Assembly: GCA_033442325.1 (NCBI GenBank)
Contig: JAWQFM010000012.1
Location: 884,287-948,286, forward strand
Direction: 5' to 3'
Origin: Salpingoeca rosetta
Lineage: Eukaryota; Protista; Choanoflagellata
DNA: 64,000 bases
The translations under genes and the position numbers were made by a program. The notes below the pieces were generated by a model. The model was not told the origin of the DNA. It made no database searches and was given only the letters and a program-made list of their open reading frames with translations. Within the stretch, counting starts at the first letter, position 1; the number at the start of each line of letters is the position of its first letter. Shown one piece after another: positions 47,152 through 64,000 of this stretch.

Positions 47152-50146
47152 GTGTGTGTGTGTTGGTGAAAGGCCCCTTTCTATTCTCGTGCGTGTGTTT
47201 GTTGATGCCCACCAATTGCTTGTGCGTCAACAGGGCAAGCCTGCCGGGTTCATGAACGTCGAGTTTGAGTTTAAGCCGTTCCAACCAACGTAAGTAGCCA
47301 GTGATGCTCACCATGTGTGAATGCGCACGTGTGCATGTGTGTGTGTGTGAATGGGCCGGCGCGTGTTGCGTTGTTTCCTCCATGTTGTCATGCAGTCACC
47401 TGACAGCCCTCTCTTCCATTCCACGCTCCCCACTCCCCATCCTACATCACGCCTTTTCTTGCTTCTCTCGCGATATTCAGGGTTGACAAGGCCTACTTTG
47501 ATCACGACAGAGAGGAGCACGTGCGTATCCTGTTGCGAATGTGTTGTGCGTGGCTGTAAGCGTGCGCTGTGCTTGCTATCTCGTTGTTTTCCATCCAAAC
47601 TTCCACCCCGCCTCACACAGCCTGGGCGACGCACGTTTGTGCATGTGTGTTTGCGTGTGCCCACCTGTTGTGTGCAGGCCATTGGTGCGCTGTTTGTGGA
47701 CGTGATCCGGTGCATGTCGCTGCCAGATATGCAGTCGCCACGCGTCACCCTCACCGTCGGCGCAACGCAGGTCTGTGTCTGTGTCTGTGTACGTGTATGT
47801 CTGTGTCTGTGTCTGTGTATGTCTGTGTCTGTGTACATGGAATGTGTGTGTGTGTGTGCGTGCACATCTGGTGGTCACCATTCTTACCATTTTTCTCTAT
47901 TTACCCCCCCTCCCCCCCCCCCCCAAAAAAAAAAAAAAAAACACCCCCAAATTGTGTTTTGCGTGCAGCTGTCAACGAGCTCCAAGTCCGGCAGCAACCC
48001 GGTGTACCACGAGAAGTTTTCGCTGCCGGTCAAGGACATTCTCACGGAAAAGGCTGTGTTTGCTGTTGTTGAGACGCAGCGGCTGCGCAAGAAGCAGGCC
48101 AAGTGCTCGCTGACGGTTGAACTGAAGGAGGTGGCGCACCACGGCGTGATGCAGGACGTGTTTGACCTCGAGGGCGGCGGTCGCATTGAGGTGAGCACAT
48201 TGAGGTGCTGTGGGATCTTGGTGGCTCGTTGGTTGATTGGTTGGTTGGTTGCTCGTTGGTTGGTTGGTTGGTTGGTTGGTTGGTTGGTTGGTTGGTTGGT
48301 TGAGGGTGTATGTGTGTATGTGTGTGTTGCGTGTTGCGTGTTTTCTCGTGGATCTGAAGGACGTTCGCCCGGCGACAAAGCGCCACGGGCACAGTGGCCT
48401 TCTTCTCACTTGTATCTCTGTCTGCTCAACACGCTCTCTTCCTCAACCTCCTCTACCACCACCCCTGCCCCAGGTGCGCATTGAGCTGCGGACGGTGAAG
48501 CCAGACGAGGATGTGACAGCGCGGCGGCGCCTGACGTGGGCAGACTACATAGACCTGCGCGACAAGATTGAGGCCGAGCGCCAGGAGGAGGAGCAGACAC
48601 ACCCACTCGTCGTCGGCTCAAAGGTTTGCCAGTCCTGCGCCCGTGTGTGTGTGTGTGTGTTGTGTTGTGTTGTGTTGTGTTGTGTTGTGTTGTGTTGTGT
48701 TGTGTTGTGTTGTGTTGTGTTGTGTGTGTGTGCAGGGGCGGGGTGTATTGTGTTGTTGAGTTGAGTTAAGTTGTGTTGTGTTGTGTCTGTGCGTGCGCGT
48801 GTGTGATATGTGTATCGTCGCTTTTCCCAGCTCATCGCTGCTGCTGTTGTTGCCTCCTCCCCTCGCAGGCTGGCGTGGGCGTCGATGAAGAGAAGCACAC
48901 GCCAGAGTTTGAAACGGAAAACGAGGAGACGCCAGGTGTGTGCAAATGCGCATATGTGCGTGTCCGTGTCTGCTATGTGCATGCGCACCTGTGCACTGGT
49001 CTCGTTCTCCTTCTTCCCATGCTCGCCGTCTCCACCCTCACACGTCACACGACATGACATGGCATGACATTGCGCCATGTGTGCGTGTGTGCATCGTTTG
49101 GAGAAGCAGTTGTTGGTGCGCCCACCAAGCCTGGGTTCCTCCTGCTCAACATCATTCGTGGCGAGAACCTGCCCGCCGCCAACTCAAACGGATTCAGCGA
49201 CCCGTACGTCTCCATCGAGTGCGAACACCGCAAGAAGCGCACGCAGGTGAGGGCACTCGTGGCATGCATGCACCCGAGAGATAGAGAAAGAGAGTGTGTG
49301 TATGTGTATGTGTGCGTGTGTGTGTGTGTGTGTGCGTGTGCGTGTGTGTGTGTGTGTGTGCGTGTGTGTGTGTGCAATGTCGCATGCTGCCGTCACCACT
49401 ACCCCCCCCCGTCTGCACGCAGCCCTAACACACACTACCACCTCCTCCACACCCTGTCCACCTCAAACCCAACGCGTGTGTGTGCAGTGGAAGAAGCGCA
49501 CCATCAATCCTGAGTGGAATGAGAAGTTGGATTTCCGGATCAACGATCCTCTCAACAGCGTTGTCACCTTCCACGTCAAAGACCACGAGGTACAGCATCG
49601 TTTGGGGTGTGGAAGGAACGTCAAGTGCAGATGTGCGGGTGTGTGCGGATATGTGCGTGTGGGTGTGGGTGTGCGGATGTGGGTGTGCATGTGTTTGGCA
49701 TACGTGTGCGTGGGTAGGTCTTTGCAACACCACACTCAACCACAATTGCTATCACAAACCACACTCATTCACTCACGCTCACTCACACACGCACTCACAC
49801 TCATTCACTCACTCATGTTACAACACATGACAGCACTGGACGCGGAACAAGGTCCTTGGCAGCTTCTCTGTGCCAATTTCCTCTGTGTCGACGCTGAAGG
49901 AGACGGTGACCAACTATCAGCTCGAGAATGCGCGTGGCACCATCACCATGGGCCTCATGTTCCAGGAAAACCAGACCGGTTCGTCTGCGTGAATGTGTGT
50001 GTGTGTGTGTCTGTGTGTATGCTTATGAGCACTTTTTCTTGTGTGTGTCTGTGTGTCTGTGTGTGCATCTATCTGTCTGTCTGTCCTTTGCGATCTCTCT
50101 GTCCGTGCAATTCAAACTCACCACTCACCAACACACAAACACACAC

Positions 50147-50211
<65 letters not shown>

Positions 50212-50415
50212 ACACACACCACACACACCCTCTCCACCACACACCCTCTCCACGCCTCCCTCACCAACCACCACTATCAACAACTGCTTTGTGCAGCCGA
50301 CCCGAAGCACCAGAAGAAGAGCCCTCGTGTTGAGAGGCGGGAGCCGCCAGAGCCCGAACGGCGCTCGTCCCAGACACCCTCGCTCAACGACAGCGAGAAC
50401 GAGATATTCGTGTGA
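42312..50415 (+). CDS. Extended-synaptotagmin/tricalbin-like protein with two TM-SMP-C2-C2 modules plus a terminal C2
   Basis: Module 1: hydrophobic segment, APSWVTYTETEKSNTVNAALELLWP (SMP start), C2 GKSDPYV...DHDKAGHDDIMG. Module 2: hydrophobic segment, LPMWCKDPSWDKAEWLNELIAGIWP, C2 ESDPYV...DYDRVGSHDTLG. Last C2 GFSDPYV...INPEWNE. Exon phases checked are consistent. Confidence 0.9.
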
Positions 50416-50854
50416 TGATGGTGATGGACCGATGGGATGGTGATGGTGGTGGAATGCGCACCGTCAACCTGTTGCTTATGTTGCTGTTGCCTTTGTTATT
50501 CGTGTTGTGTGCTCTTGATGTGCGTGCTTCCTGTTACCGAGCCTTCTGTCCTGTTTCGTTCTTCAACCCCTTACATACAACACAGCATGGAACATCCCCC
50601 CCTCCCCTACGCCTTGCTTTCTCTGCGTGTCGTGTGTTGTGTGAACGTGACAGCAAGGTTTGACTCTGCTGTCTCCACATAAACCCTGACACCACACCAC
50701 ACCTCGCTGTGAGTCATCAGCGCTTCGCGTCCCAAACACAAACAACACGCGACATCTCCCGCCCCATTTCCCAACACCCAATACAGCAGCCCCAACTTAT
50801 CGCTCTTCTTCTTCTTCTTCTTCTTCAAACAAGCAAGCAAACAAACAAACAAGC

Positions 50855-52186
50855 ATGCGTTGGACGTGGGCTGTTGAGGTGCTGCTCGTGGCTGTGGCCG
50901 CGGTTGCGGTGACCAGCGCGGTCGCCATGCCGGTTGAAGACGGCGTCATCCCCGCACGCCTTGTGCTCGGCAAGAAGGGCAACTCGTCCTGCTTGACTCC
51001 AAAGCAGGACGACGAGCTGCGGCACGCCATCGCCGGCATCCAGATCACGCTCTCTGCGGCCGTGACGGCACTGGACATTGCGGCTGCCGCGGAGCACAAC
51101 GCCAAGACGAAGCAGGACCTGAAGGAGGCCGCCGTGGTGATCCAGAACGTGAACAAGTATCTCGTGGCCAACCTGACGCAGATTGTGGACTCCGCGTGCG
51201 GCAACTGCTCCGAGATTGTGCGCGTGGTGAACGAGAGCGCAACCGCCATTGAGCAGACCATCTCCCACATCAGCCCCGACATTAAGAACACGACCACGTG
51301 GAAGCTCATCGTCACCGCCATCAACGACATCCTGCAGATTGCGGAGATTGTGTGCCCAAGCAAGCTGGCCATGTTCCATATGGAGCCCCGCGATGTGAGC
51401 CCACCTTGCCTCAACGCCACGCAGCTCCGCCTCCTGGAGAAGATCGTTGCTGGCACGCAGATCATCATGACCTCCGCCGAGGTTGCGCTGGAGGTGGCAG
51501 CGGCGAACGAGAAGGACAACGCGACCCGCCACAAGCTTGAAGAAGCGGCCACGGTGGTCAAGGCCATCAGCCAGGACCTGGTTGGCAACCTCACCAAGAT
51601 TGCGCAGAGCCCATGCGCCACATGCACCGAGATTGTCAACATCGTGGAGCAGCTCGTCCACGCCCTCGAGGAGACTCTCCAGCAGATCGTAAGCCCTGCA
51701 CATGCTCTGCGTGGGCGTTGAGGGAGGAGAGAGTGTGTGTGTGTGTGTGTCTGTGTCTGTGTGTGTGAGTGTCTGTCTGTCTGTGTGTGTCTGTCTGTGT
51801 GTGTCTGTCTGTGTGTGTGTGCGAGTGAGTGTGTGTGTGTGTGAGTGTCTGTGTGCGAGTGAGTGTCTGTGTGCGAGTGAGTGTCTGTGTGTGTGTGTGT
51901 GTGTGTGGCTGTCTCCTTTGTGCCTCCGCGTCTGCCTGCCTGTCTTTGTGTCTGTCTGCCTGTCTGCGCGCCGTTGTATCAGCCCCGGCCACCACCAGCT
52001 CCTTCGTACTCACCACCGCGCATTACCTGCTCTTACAACACACAACAGAACCCTGACTGGAACCACGATCCTCTGTGGCAGTCCATTGTTGAAGCCATCA
52101 ACAACATCTTCCAGTATGTGGAGGTGCTGTGCCCTCAGCCAACGCAGGACACAAAGCCCTTCCACATTCACGCCTCAAACCCGTGA
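50855..52186 (+). CDS. Secreted/lumenal helical protein with two ~140-aa internal repeats (323 aa; exons 50855-51688 and 52049-52186)
   Basis: Signal peptide MRWTWAVEVLLVAVAAVAVTSAVA; each repeat has CL...AG.QI....A..AL..AAA.E....NLT.I....CxxC.EIV....W..IV.AIN.I.Q..E..CP; several N-x-S/T sites; phase-0 GT-AG intron. Confidence 0.88.
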
Positions 52187-52666
52187 GCCGGCTGCGTTTG
52201 AGCTGCGCAACGCAGATTGAGATGTGTCTGTGTCTGTGTCTGTGTCTGCTGCGTGACTCTGCAGCCGCTGGACCGTTGCTGCTGAAGGCTCGCCGCCCAC
52301 TCCTTCAAGCACTTGCTTGTTAATGATGCTTTCTGTGCCCTCCCATCTTATCTTCCCCACGCATTCCTTTTTGCGTTACAAGCGTGTGCATGGTTTGCCG
52401 TTTACTCGTGTGTGTGTGTGCGTCACGTTGCTGTGGTGTTGGCTGCGCCTGTCAACAAGTGCGCTGCTGACTGCTGCTCTCACCTCCGACCTCGCGAGCG
52501 AGTGAAGAGAAAGAGACGCAGCAGTTCCAGTGACGTGACCTTGAGACAGGCGCACATCCGCAACACGAGCAAGCAAGCACCCAACAACGTTTGTTCGTGT
52601 TACTACAACATCCCTCCTCTAAGCGTTGAACAGCCACCCAAGCAAGAAGCGAACAACAAGAAACAT

Positions 52667-52796
<130 letters not shown>

Positions 52797-52906
52797 TAGC
52801 AGTGGAGTGAGTGGCGAAGTTGAACACATGTGTGTGTGTGCATGTGTGTGTGGCTGAGTCACAACAGCAACAGCAGGTCGCAGCAGCTGCAGCGTGATGA
52901 CGTTAC

Positions 52907-57829
<4,923 letters not shown>

Positions 57830-58025
57830 GGTGCTGTGTTGTGTGTGTGACTACTGTGTGGTCGTCGCTGACTGATGAAGCTGTGTGACTGCTGGTTGTG
57901 GTTGGTGGAGTGTTGCCGCACTGTCTCCACTGACTGCTCGCTGTGTTTTGTTTGTGCGGAAAGTACGTGCGGAAAGTACGCACTCTGCTTGTTTGCTTTA
58001 AATTGTGTGGATATCGAGACTTACA

Positions 58026-58057
58026 TTTCGCGCCGTATCCACCAATTTGGCGCCAAA
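58026..58057. promoter_or_regulatory. E2F-type sites upstream of MCM5: TTTCGCGC (58026-58033) and palindromic TTTGGCGCCAAA (58046-58057)
   Basis: Both match the TTTSSCGC consensus about 200-230 bp upstream of the MCM5 ATG. MCM genes are canonical E2F targets in animals and plants. Confidence 0.7.
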
Positions 58058-58064
58058 ACAGGTG

Positions 58065-58127
<63 letters not shown>

Positions 58128-58642
58128 GTGTGTGTGTGTGTGTGTGCGTGTGTGTGTGCGTGTGTGTGTGCGTGTGTGTGTCTGTCATGCGTGTGTGTCT
58201 GCCTCTGACATCACTGCACCACATCACTGCACCACATCAATTTCACCATGTCGCATGACATTTGATGTACAATGGATGGAGAAACAATACAAGCTAGCAA
58301 GCACTGCCAGCAACAAATATGCAGGCAAGCGAGCAAGAGAAAGCAACAGTAACAAGCAACTGACACGAGAATGTCAGTTCTTCAGTTGAGCAGTTGGTGT
58401 GGACAAGGTTCACATAAGGTTGAACGGATCGCATAAACGCACAAGAAACAAACAAAAAAAGATGCAGCTATGGCACACAACAACACCAAACAACACAACG
58501 TAGCACAGCGACATGCTGCACACATCACCACTGCAGCGAACGCCTAAACATCTCTGGGAATCGCGCCCTTCCCCTACCACGCGCGCCCTTCCTAAGGCTT
58601 CACACACACACACTCACACTCACACACACACACATCAGCAGA

Positions 58643-60321
58643 TTAGAAGATGGTGCGTTGGCCAAATTCTTCCCTTCGTTTGGAGGCGCTCGCCCTGACG
58701 GCGTTGTCGATGGCGTTCAGGATCTCCTCATCTGTCGCGCTGATCACGGGCATGCGCAGTGCCCGAATCACCTGAGCGAAAGAAACAATGCGTTGTGCGG
58801 TTGCAGATGTTGGCAGGCGTGAGCAACAGGCGGAGTCGACATCATGCACAATGACAGTGTTTGGCGGCGTTACGAGGCCTAACCGTCAGCACACACACGC
58901 ACATACACGCACATGCACACACACACATACACACGCACACACATACACACACACATACACATACACACGCACGTGTGCACACACACGCACATACACAAAG
59001 CATGACAAGAACAAACCTTCGCGCGGAAGTCAATGTGTTTTTGCAAGCGCGCCTCAAGCTCCGAAATGGTGTTCTTGAAGGCGAGAATGTCGTTTGGCCC
59101 CAGCATGCCCGCGGACGGTGACAGGGACGATGTGCTCACGTGCGCAGTTGCCGGTCGACTCCTGTACACGCGTGCGTTGATTCATGGTTGAGTGTTGTGG
59201 TGCGGTGCAGTGGTGAGCAGCTGCTAATTCATAACAACCAACACGCAAAGGACTGCATGACACAGGCAAGCAAGCAAGCAGCAAGTAAATCCATTACACA
59301 TACACACATAAACATATACACACACATGCACACACAAATGTACATATGTATATGTACATGCGCAGCAAAGCCATTTGCACTCACGTTATGGCCTGGTTCT
59401 TCCAGTGCGCGACCTCTGCCTGAAGGGAGCGAATCTCCTCATCTTGCAGTGAAGACGTGCTCCTGTTGCGGTGAGACGCATGTACACGGACGCATGTCTT
59501 GGGCGGTGAGCACAACGTTGACGGTGCATGGGAGTGGGAATGGCATCAGTCAGATATATTCGCACCACTGCTGACGTGACAAAACGGTGGCAAGGGGCGT
59601 GGCAATGACAACCCTTCAGGGTACAACCCACCCTTTGGCGTGCTTCAGCTTCTTCTCCATGGCGGTGATCCAAATCTCTTGCGACTCAATCGTCTACAAC
59701 GTGTAAATGCGTACATGTGAGTACAAAGGTGCCATTCATGCTGTGTGTGTGTGCGTGCGTGCATGTATACATGTGTGTATATGTGTGTATGTGTGTGTGC
59801 GTGCGTGTATGTATGCATGTGTGTATGTGTGTGTGTGTGTGGCGCACGCGTGCTGACCTTGAGTGCAGCCGAGAGCTTGCGCTTGAGCTTCTTCATCTCG
59901 CGTTCGTGTGATTCGTTGTCTGAATCCGCGCGCTTCCGTCCGCCGCGCCGCCGCTCGCTCGGAGACGTCGCTGTGTTGTGTTAGAAGCAATGATGCATAC
60001 GAGCGTGAATACGTTTTGTGTGTGAATGCGTGTGTGTGTGTGTGTGTGGGTGTGTGGATGCCATGAGCGACACCAGTGTAGTTGGCACACTACAGCAACA
60101 ACCATCGCGTGCATCACACAGCGTGGTTATGAGCAATCTTCGCACGTTCACACGTTCACACGTTCATATTTACGTTTGTGCGTGCGCTCCTTGAGTGCTG
60201 CCCGCAGCGTGTCAAGGATGGCTTCGTCATCGTGTGCATGTTTACAGTGCACCATGCGTGCGACCTCCCGCTTGAAGCCCTCAAACTGTGAAGAAGTGTG
60301 CGTAATTCAGTGTGTGTGTGT

Positions 60322-60353
<32 letters not shown>

Positions 60354-60946
60354 ATTTGGTTAGGTGTGAGCATGTGGAGGAGTACAAATGTGCTTGGGAA
60401 GCAGTTGCCGTACACAGTGCCACCATAACCACCTCTTGCCACACGATCCCAAACTCTCAACGCATGTGGGGCGCGCACCCGCACCACCCCCCACACACCT
60501 CGATTCGCGCGTTTGCGGCATCCTCCTCCAGCTCGTCCATGCGTATTCTCATGCTTCGCTCCCCGCGCATGCGCCCATAGTCAAGGTGGTCCGCAGACAG
60601 CGCCTGAATGTGGCCACACGTGTGTATGTATGGGTGCATGTGAGCGTGCACGTGTGTGTGTGTGTGTGGTCAGAGTGTGGTGTGATAACTCATAACGCCA
60701 TCTGCCTCAAACATACGACCAGTGGAAGCAGGTGCATGCATGCTCCGCGCCATAACTTACGTGTGATGTTGCAGGGCGGCTGGCCGACCAGATGTTGACG
60801 GATTGTGAGTTGAGGGCATTGGCCGCATTCATCTCCGCCACATCGGCCTGGCGACACCAAGCAACGCATGCCGGGCATTGGTAAATGGACGGTTCACAAG
60901 GCAGAACGGCTCCAGCAAAACACACCACACAACAACAACACACCAC

Positions 60947-61024
<78 letters not shown>

Positions 61025-61326
61025 ACAACAACAACAACAACATTGAAATCACCAATGCGCTGTCTCACCCTGCGCTTGAGGGCCTCAATGGCCTGGTAGA
61101 GGTTCTCTGCATGTGCACTCGCGGTGACATCCGTGTCCAGACTGAGCGCAAGGCTGATGCGATGGCACACATCTGCATAGTAGCGGTCCGTGCGGTTCTG
61201 CAGTCGATAAGGTGGCGTAATGACACATGTTGGAGGTTGTAAAGGTGAGGGTCATGGCACTGAATGACAAGAGACTCACCAAACAGAACAAGTCACATGA
61301 TGCACCACACACACACACACGCACAC

Positions 61327-61414
<88 letters not shown>

Positions 61415-63504
61415 GCGATGCGATGAGCACCCAAACAAACGCACGGCAAGTGCCATCCACCAGCAAACACGCACCGTCTCCTTGAGGTTGGCAACCTCTG
61501 CCTTGAGTCGTGAAACCTCGCGCTGGTGCAATTCCTCGGCGCGGGAGATGGTGGCTCGCATGTCGTCTGCTTTGCTGTCGCCGTCAACGCGCACATCGTC
61601 CAGTCTTCGGTTCAGCGCCTGGCGCATTGATGAGCAATGATAGCACATGTGAGTCGTGGGGCTAGACGAAGCACCCACCCACATAGGGACAGTAGAGACA
61701 CACAAGCACACAGAACACACACGCACACACAAAAAACACACGCACAACACACGCACAACACACACAACACAACACACGCACAACACAACACACACACAAC
61801 ACAACACACGCACAACACACACCCAACACACACGCACCACCCACACACCTCGATTTGTTTGTCCTTCTCAGCGATGATGTCATCGTATCTGCCGATGCGC
61901 TCCTCCTGCAGCCGTGCCTCGCGGGTGAGCGATTCTTGCGCAATGGTAGCATCCTTCAGCTCGCGCGTGCGTGCAAGCAACTCCTCCCGAAGCGACGTCG
62001 CCTCGCCGTCCATGCGCTCGCGCTCTGCGGCGTTTCGTTCCGCTGCCCGCTCCATCTGCGCAATGGTTGTGTCCTTGGCGTTGCTTTCCCGCTGCACAAC
62101 TGCAAACTCCTTGCGCAGGGCCTGCAAGTCTGCCTCCAGGGCATCGCGCGCAGCAACAACCTCGCGCGCCTTGCTGCTCACCATCCCGCTCTGCCGCTGG
62201 CCCTCCGTGGCCTGCAGGATCTCCGCCAACTCATCGTACAGCTTGCGCTGTCGCTCCACACGCTCCTCCTCGGCCTGCCGCAGCTCATCCGCCGTCAGCA
62301 CCTGCGTCTCCAACGACGACACCTGCCCCGTCAGCTTCTCAATCTCCTCGTCCTTCTCCGCCTGGGCAGCCGTGAGAGCCGTGATGTCGTCTCGCAGCGA
62401 CGCAATTGTCGACCGCTGCTCGTCCATGTGCGCCTGCATGTCCGCTTTTTGCTCCTCCAGGGTGGAGATGAGGTCCTCCTTGCTGCCCAGCGTGGCGTCC
62501 TTGGCCTCGTTGTCCTGCACCGTCGACCGGAGCGTGCGTTCCAGCTCCTCGCGCGCCTGCCGCAGCTGCGCCACTGTCTTCTCGTACTCGCCCTGCGTCT
62601 CCCTGCTGCGCTCCACCTCCTTTTTCAGCTGGTTCTGCAGCGTCTCGATGGTGTGCTCGCGGGACTTGAGCTCGTGTTCGCGCGATGCCACGCGCTGCTG
62701 CAGCGAGGACACCTCCATCTGCAGTCCAGAGACCTCCCGGCTGTGCTGCAGGCCCGCTGCCTCCTTGTTGCGGTCGCTCTGGCGCTTCAGCTGCAGGTTC
62801 TCGTGCTGCAGCTCGGAGATGCGCTGGTCGCGGGCGTTGGCATCCTCCCGCACACGCTCCAGCTCACCCTTGAGCCGCTCCTCGCGCGATTCCGCGGCCG
62901 CTGCTGCGTCCTGCGCGTGCGAGAGATCGCGCTGCATGTGCGTGAGCTCGAGCTGTTGCTCGCGGTACTCCTGGCGCAGCTGATCGCACTCCTGCTGGAG
63001 GTGTGTGAGTTGGGCAGCCGTGGTCTCGCCAGCAGCCACCTGCCGCTCGAGATCCCCCACAATCTGCTTCTCGTGGCGCAGCGCCTCCTGTGCATCCCTG
63101 AGCTCGCGCAGCAGCTCTGGGTTCTCTGCCTTTTCCCGCGCAGCTCGCAGCTCTTCGCGCAGCGTCTCGATGTCGCGTTCCAGGAGCCGCGTGTATCGCT
63201 CCGAGGCCGAGTCTGAGCCCTGTCGCGTTGGCGGTGCGGGGCCCATGCCATCATCCATGTGGCCTGAGTACTGGCGGCCTCCCATGCCACCGCCCATGTA
63301 GCCGCCGCCAACGCCCATACCCATGCCCACGCCCGGCCCAGCCTGCTGTTGGTGTTGCCTGTTCCTGTACTCGAACGAGGACATCATCCTTGCCCGATCC
63401 AAGCTCTGGTACCCTCCAACACCGCCACCCGCGACACCGCCACGTGCCATCCGGGGATCCATGGCTGATGACCGCATTGGCCGCCCACGATAGTAATCGC
63501 CCAT
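58643..63504 (-). CDS. Long coiled-coil protein, CCDC170-like C-terminus
   Basis: Exon 1 63504-61849 (G/M/R-rich head, then heptads), followed by about 10 small exons ending VIRALRMPVISATDEEILNAIDNAVRASASKRREEFGQRTIF*. Coding status is clear; the family call rests on recalled motifs only. Confidence 0.8.
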
Positions 63505-63756
63505 CTGTGCGGACGACGATTGTGTGCCTGTGCGTCTGTACCTGTGTGTGTGGTAGCCGTGTGTACGTAGGTGTGTGTACGTAGGCGTGTGTAACAACGT
63601 GTGTAACAACGTGTGTGCGTATGTGTGTGCGTGTGTGCGCGTGTGTCTGGACTGGTTGGTGTTGTTGGATGCGATGTGTTTGATGACAAGTGGTGAATCG
63701 CTGGGGAGTTGGCGAGCGAGCTGACTGTGAAAGCGTTTTTTTGTTTGCCGCGGCGC

Positions 63757-63768
63757 GTTGCCAACAAC
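63757..63768. promoter_or_regulatory. Possible RFX X-box-like site GTTGCCAACAAC
   Basis: A perfect GTTGCCA half-site and a degenerate second half, about 255 bp upstream of the coiled-coil gene ATG. Confidence 0.35.
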
Positions 63769-63772
63769 AAAA

Positions 63773-64000
63773 GGGTGCGTCTGCATTCCCGGTGGCCCAC
63801 TCACCGCTCCTGAGATTGCTCCCCACCACACACCCAATATTCTCCCTTTTGAAAAACGTGTCTGACCCAAATAAACATTTTTGCAACGACCCCGTCCTCC
63901 CCACCACACTGCACAACCCCACTGCCCTCACCCACCAACCCCTCCCCACTCCAACGATGGCATCCATCCACACCACTCCCGATCAAATCTCTCCTGAAGA
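63773..64000 (+). mobile_element. End of a second copy of the same MULE, inverted relative to the first, continuing beyond the window
   Basis: These 228 bp are the reverse complement of 30501-30728; ORF-track translations of the two regions are identical in three frames. Includes the TIR and the putative transposase ATG. Confidence 0.96.

Noticed and set aside
60947-61041. (CAA)n tract as coding polyN/polyQ/polyV
   Set aside because: Intronic between exons of the coiled-coil gene, unlike the transposase tract, which has in-phase flanking exons.
61637-63216. Long + strand ORFs (448 and 453 aa); likewise antisense ORFs at 45452-46465 and 50797-51703
   Set aside because: Antisense shadows of GC3-rich coding exons, with no recognisable domains.
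63505-63909. N-terminal 135 aa of ORF 61612-63909 (and the start of ORF 30592-31221) as host protein
   Set aside because: These begin inside the transposon end at a non-ATG codon. The host starts are more likely ATG 63504 and ATG 30757.

Overview
Eukaryotic, intron-rich genomic DNA with GC-rich exons and introns full of (CA)n/(GT)n microsatellites. The style and gene content suggest the choanoflagellate Salpingoeca rosetta (inference only). Most ORF-track entries are microsatellite artefacts, so genes were rebuilt by joining exons at GT-AG sites. Host genes in order: TBC Rab-GAP (5' truncated), mitochondrial oxodicarboxylate-type carrier, catalytically dead myotubularin (MTMR9-like), coactosin, SMU1, CsgA-like SDR, a C2H2 zinc-finger protein, Golgi alpha-mannosidase II, a small acidic ORF, a doubled TM-SMP-C2 extended-synaptotagmin-like protein, a secreted two-repeat helical protein, MCM5 and a CCDC170-like coiled-coil protein. 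The main accessory feature is an ~8.3 kb Mutator-like (MULE) DNA transposon (22454-30728, perfect 28-bp TIRs). Its intron-rich transposase carries C2H2 fingers, a DDE core, a SWIM finger and a long polyQ tail, and the element holds two exon-intron-like tandem arrays. An apparently identical end of a second, inverted copy starts at 63773. Both copies sit just upstream of host start codons, and copy 1 has no target-site duplication. Four assembly gaps limit some gene models.
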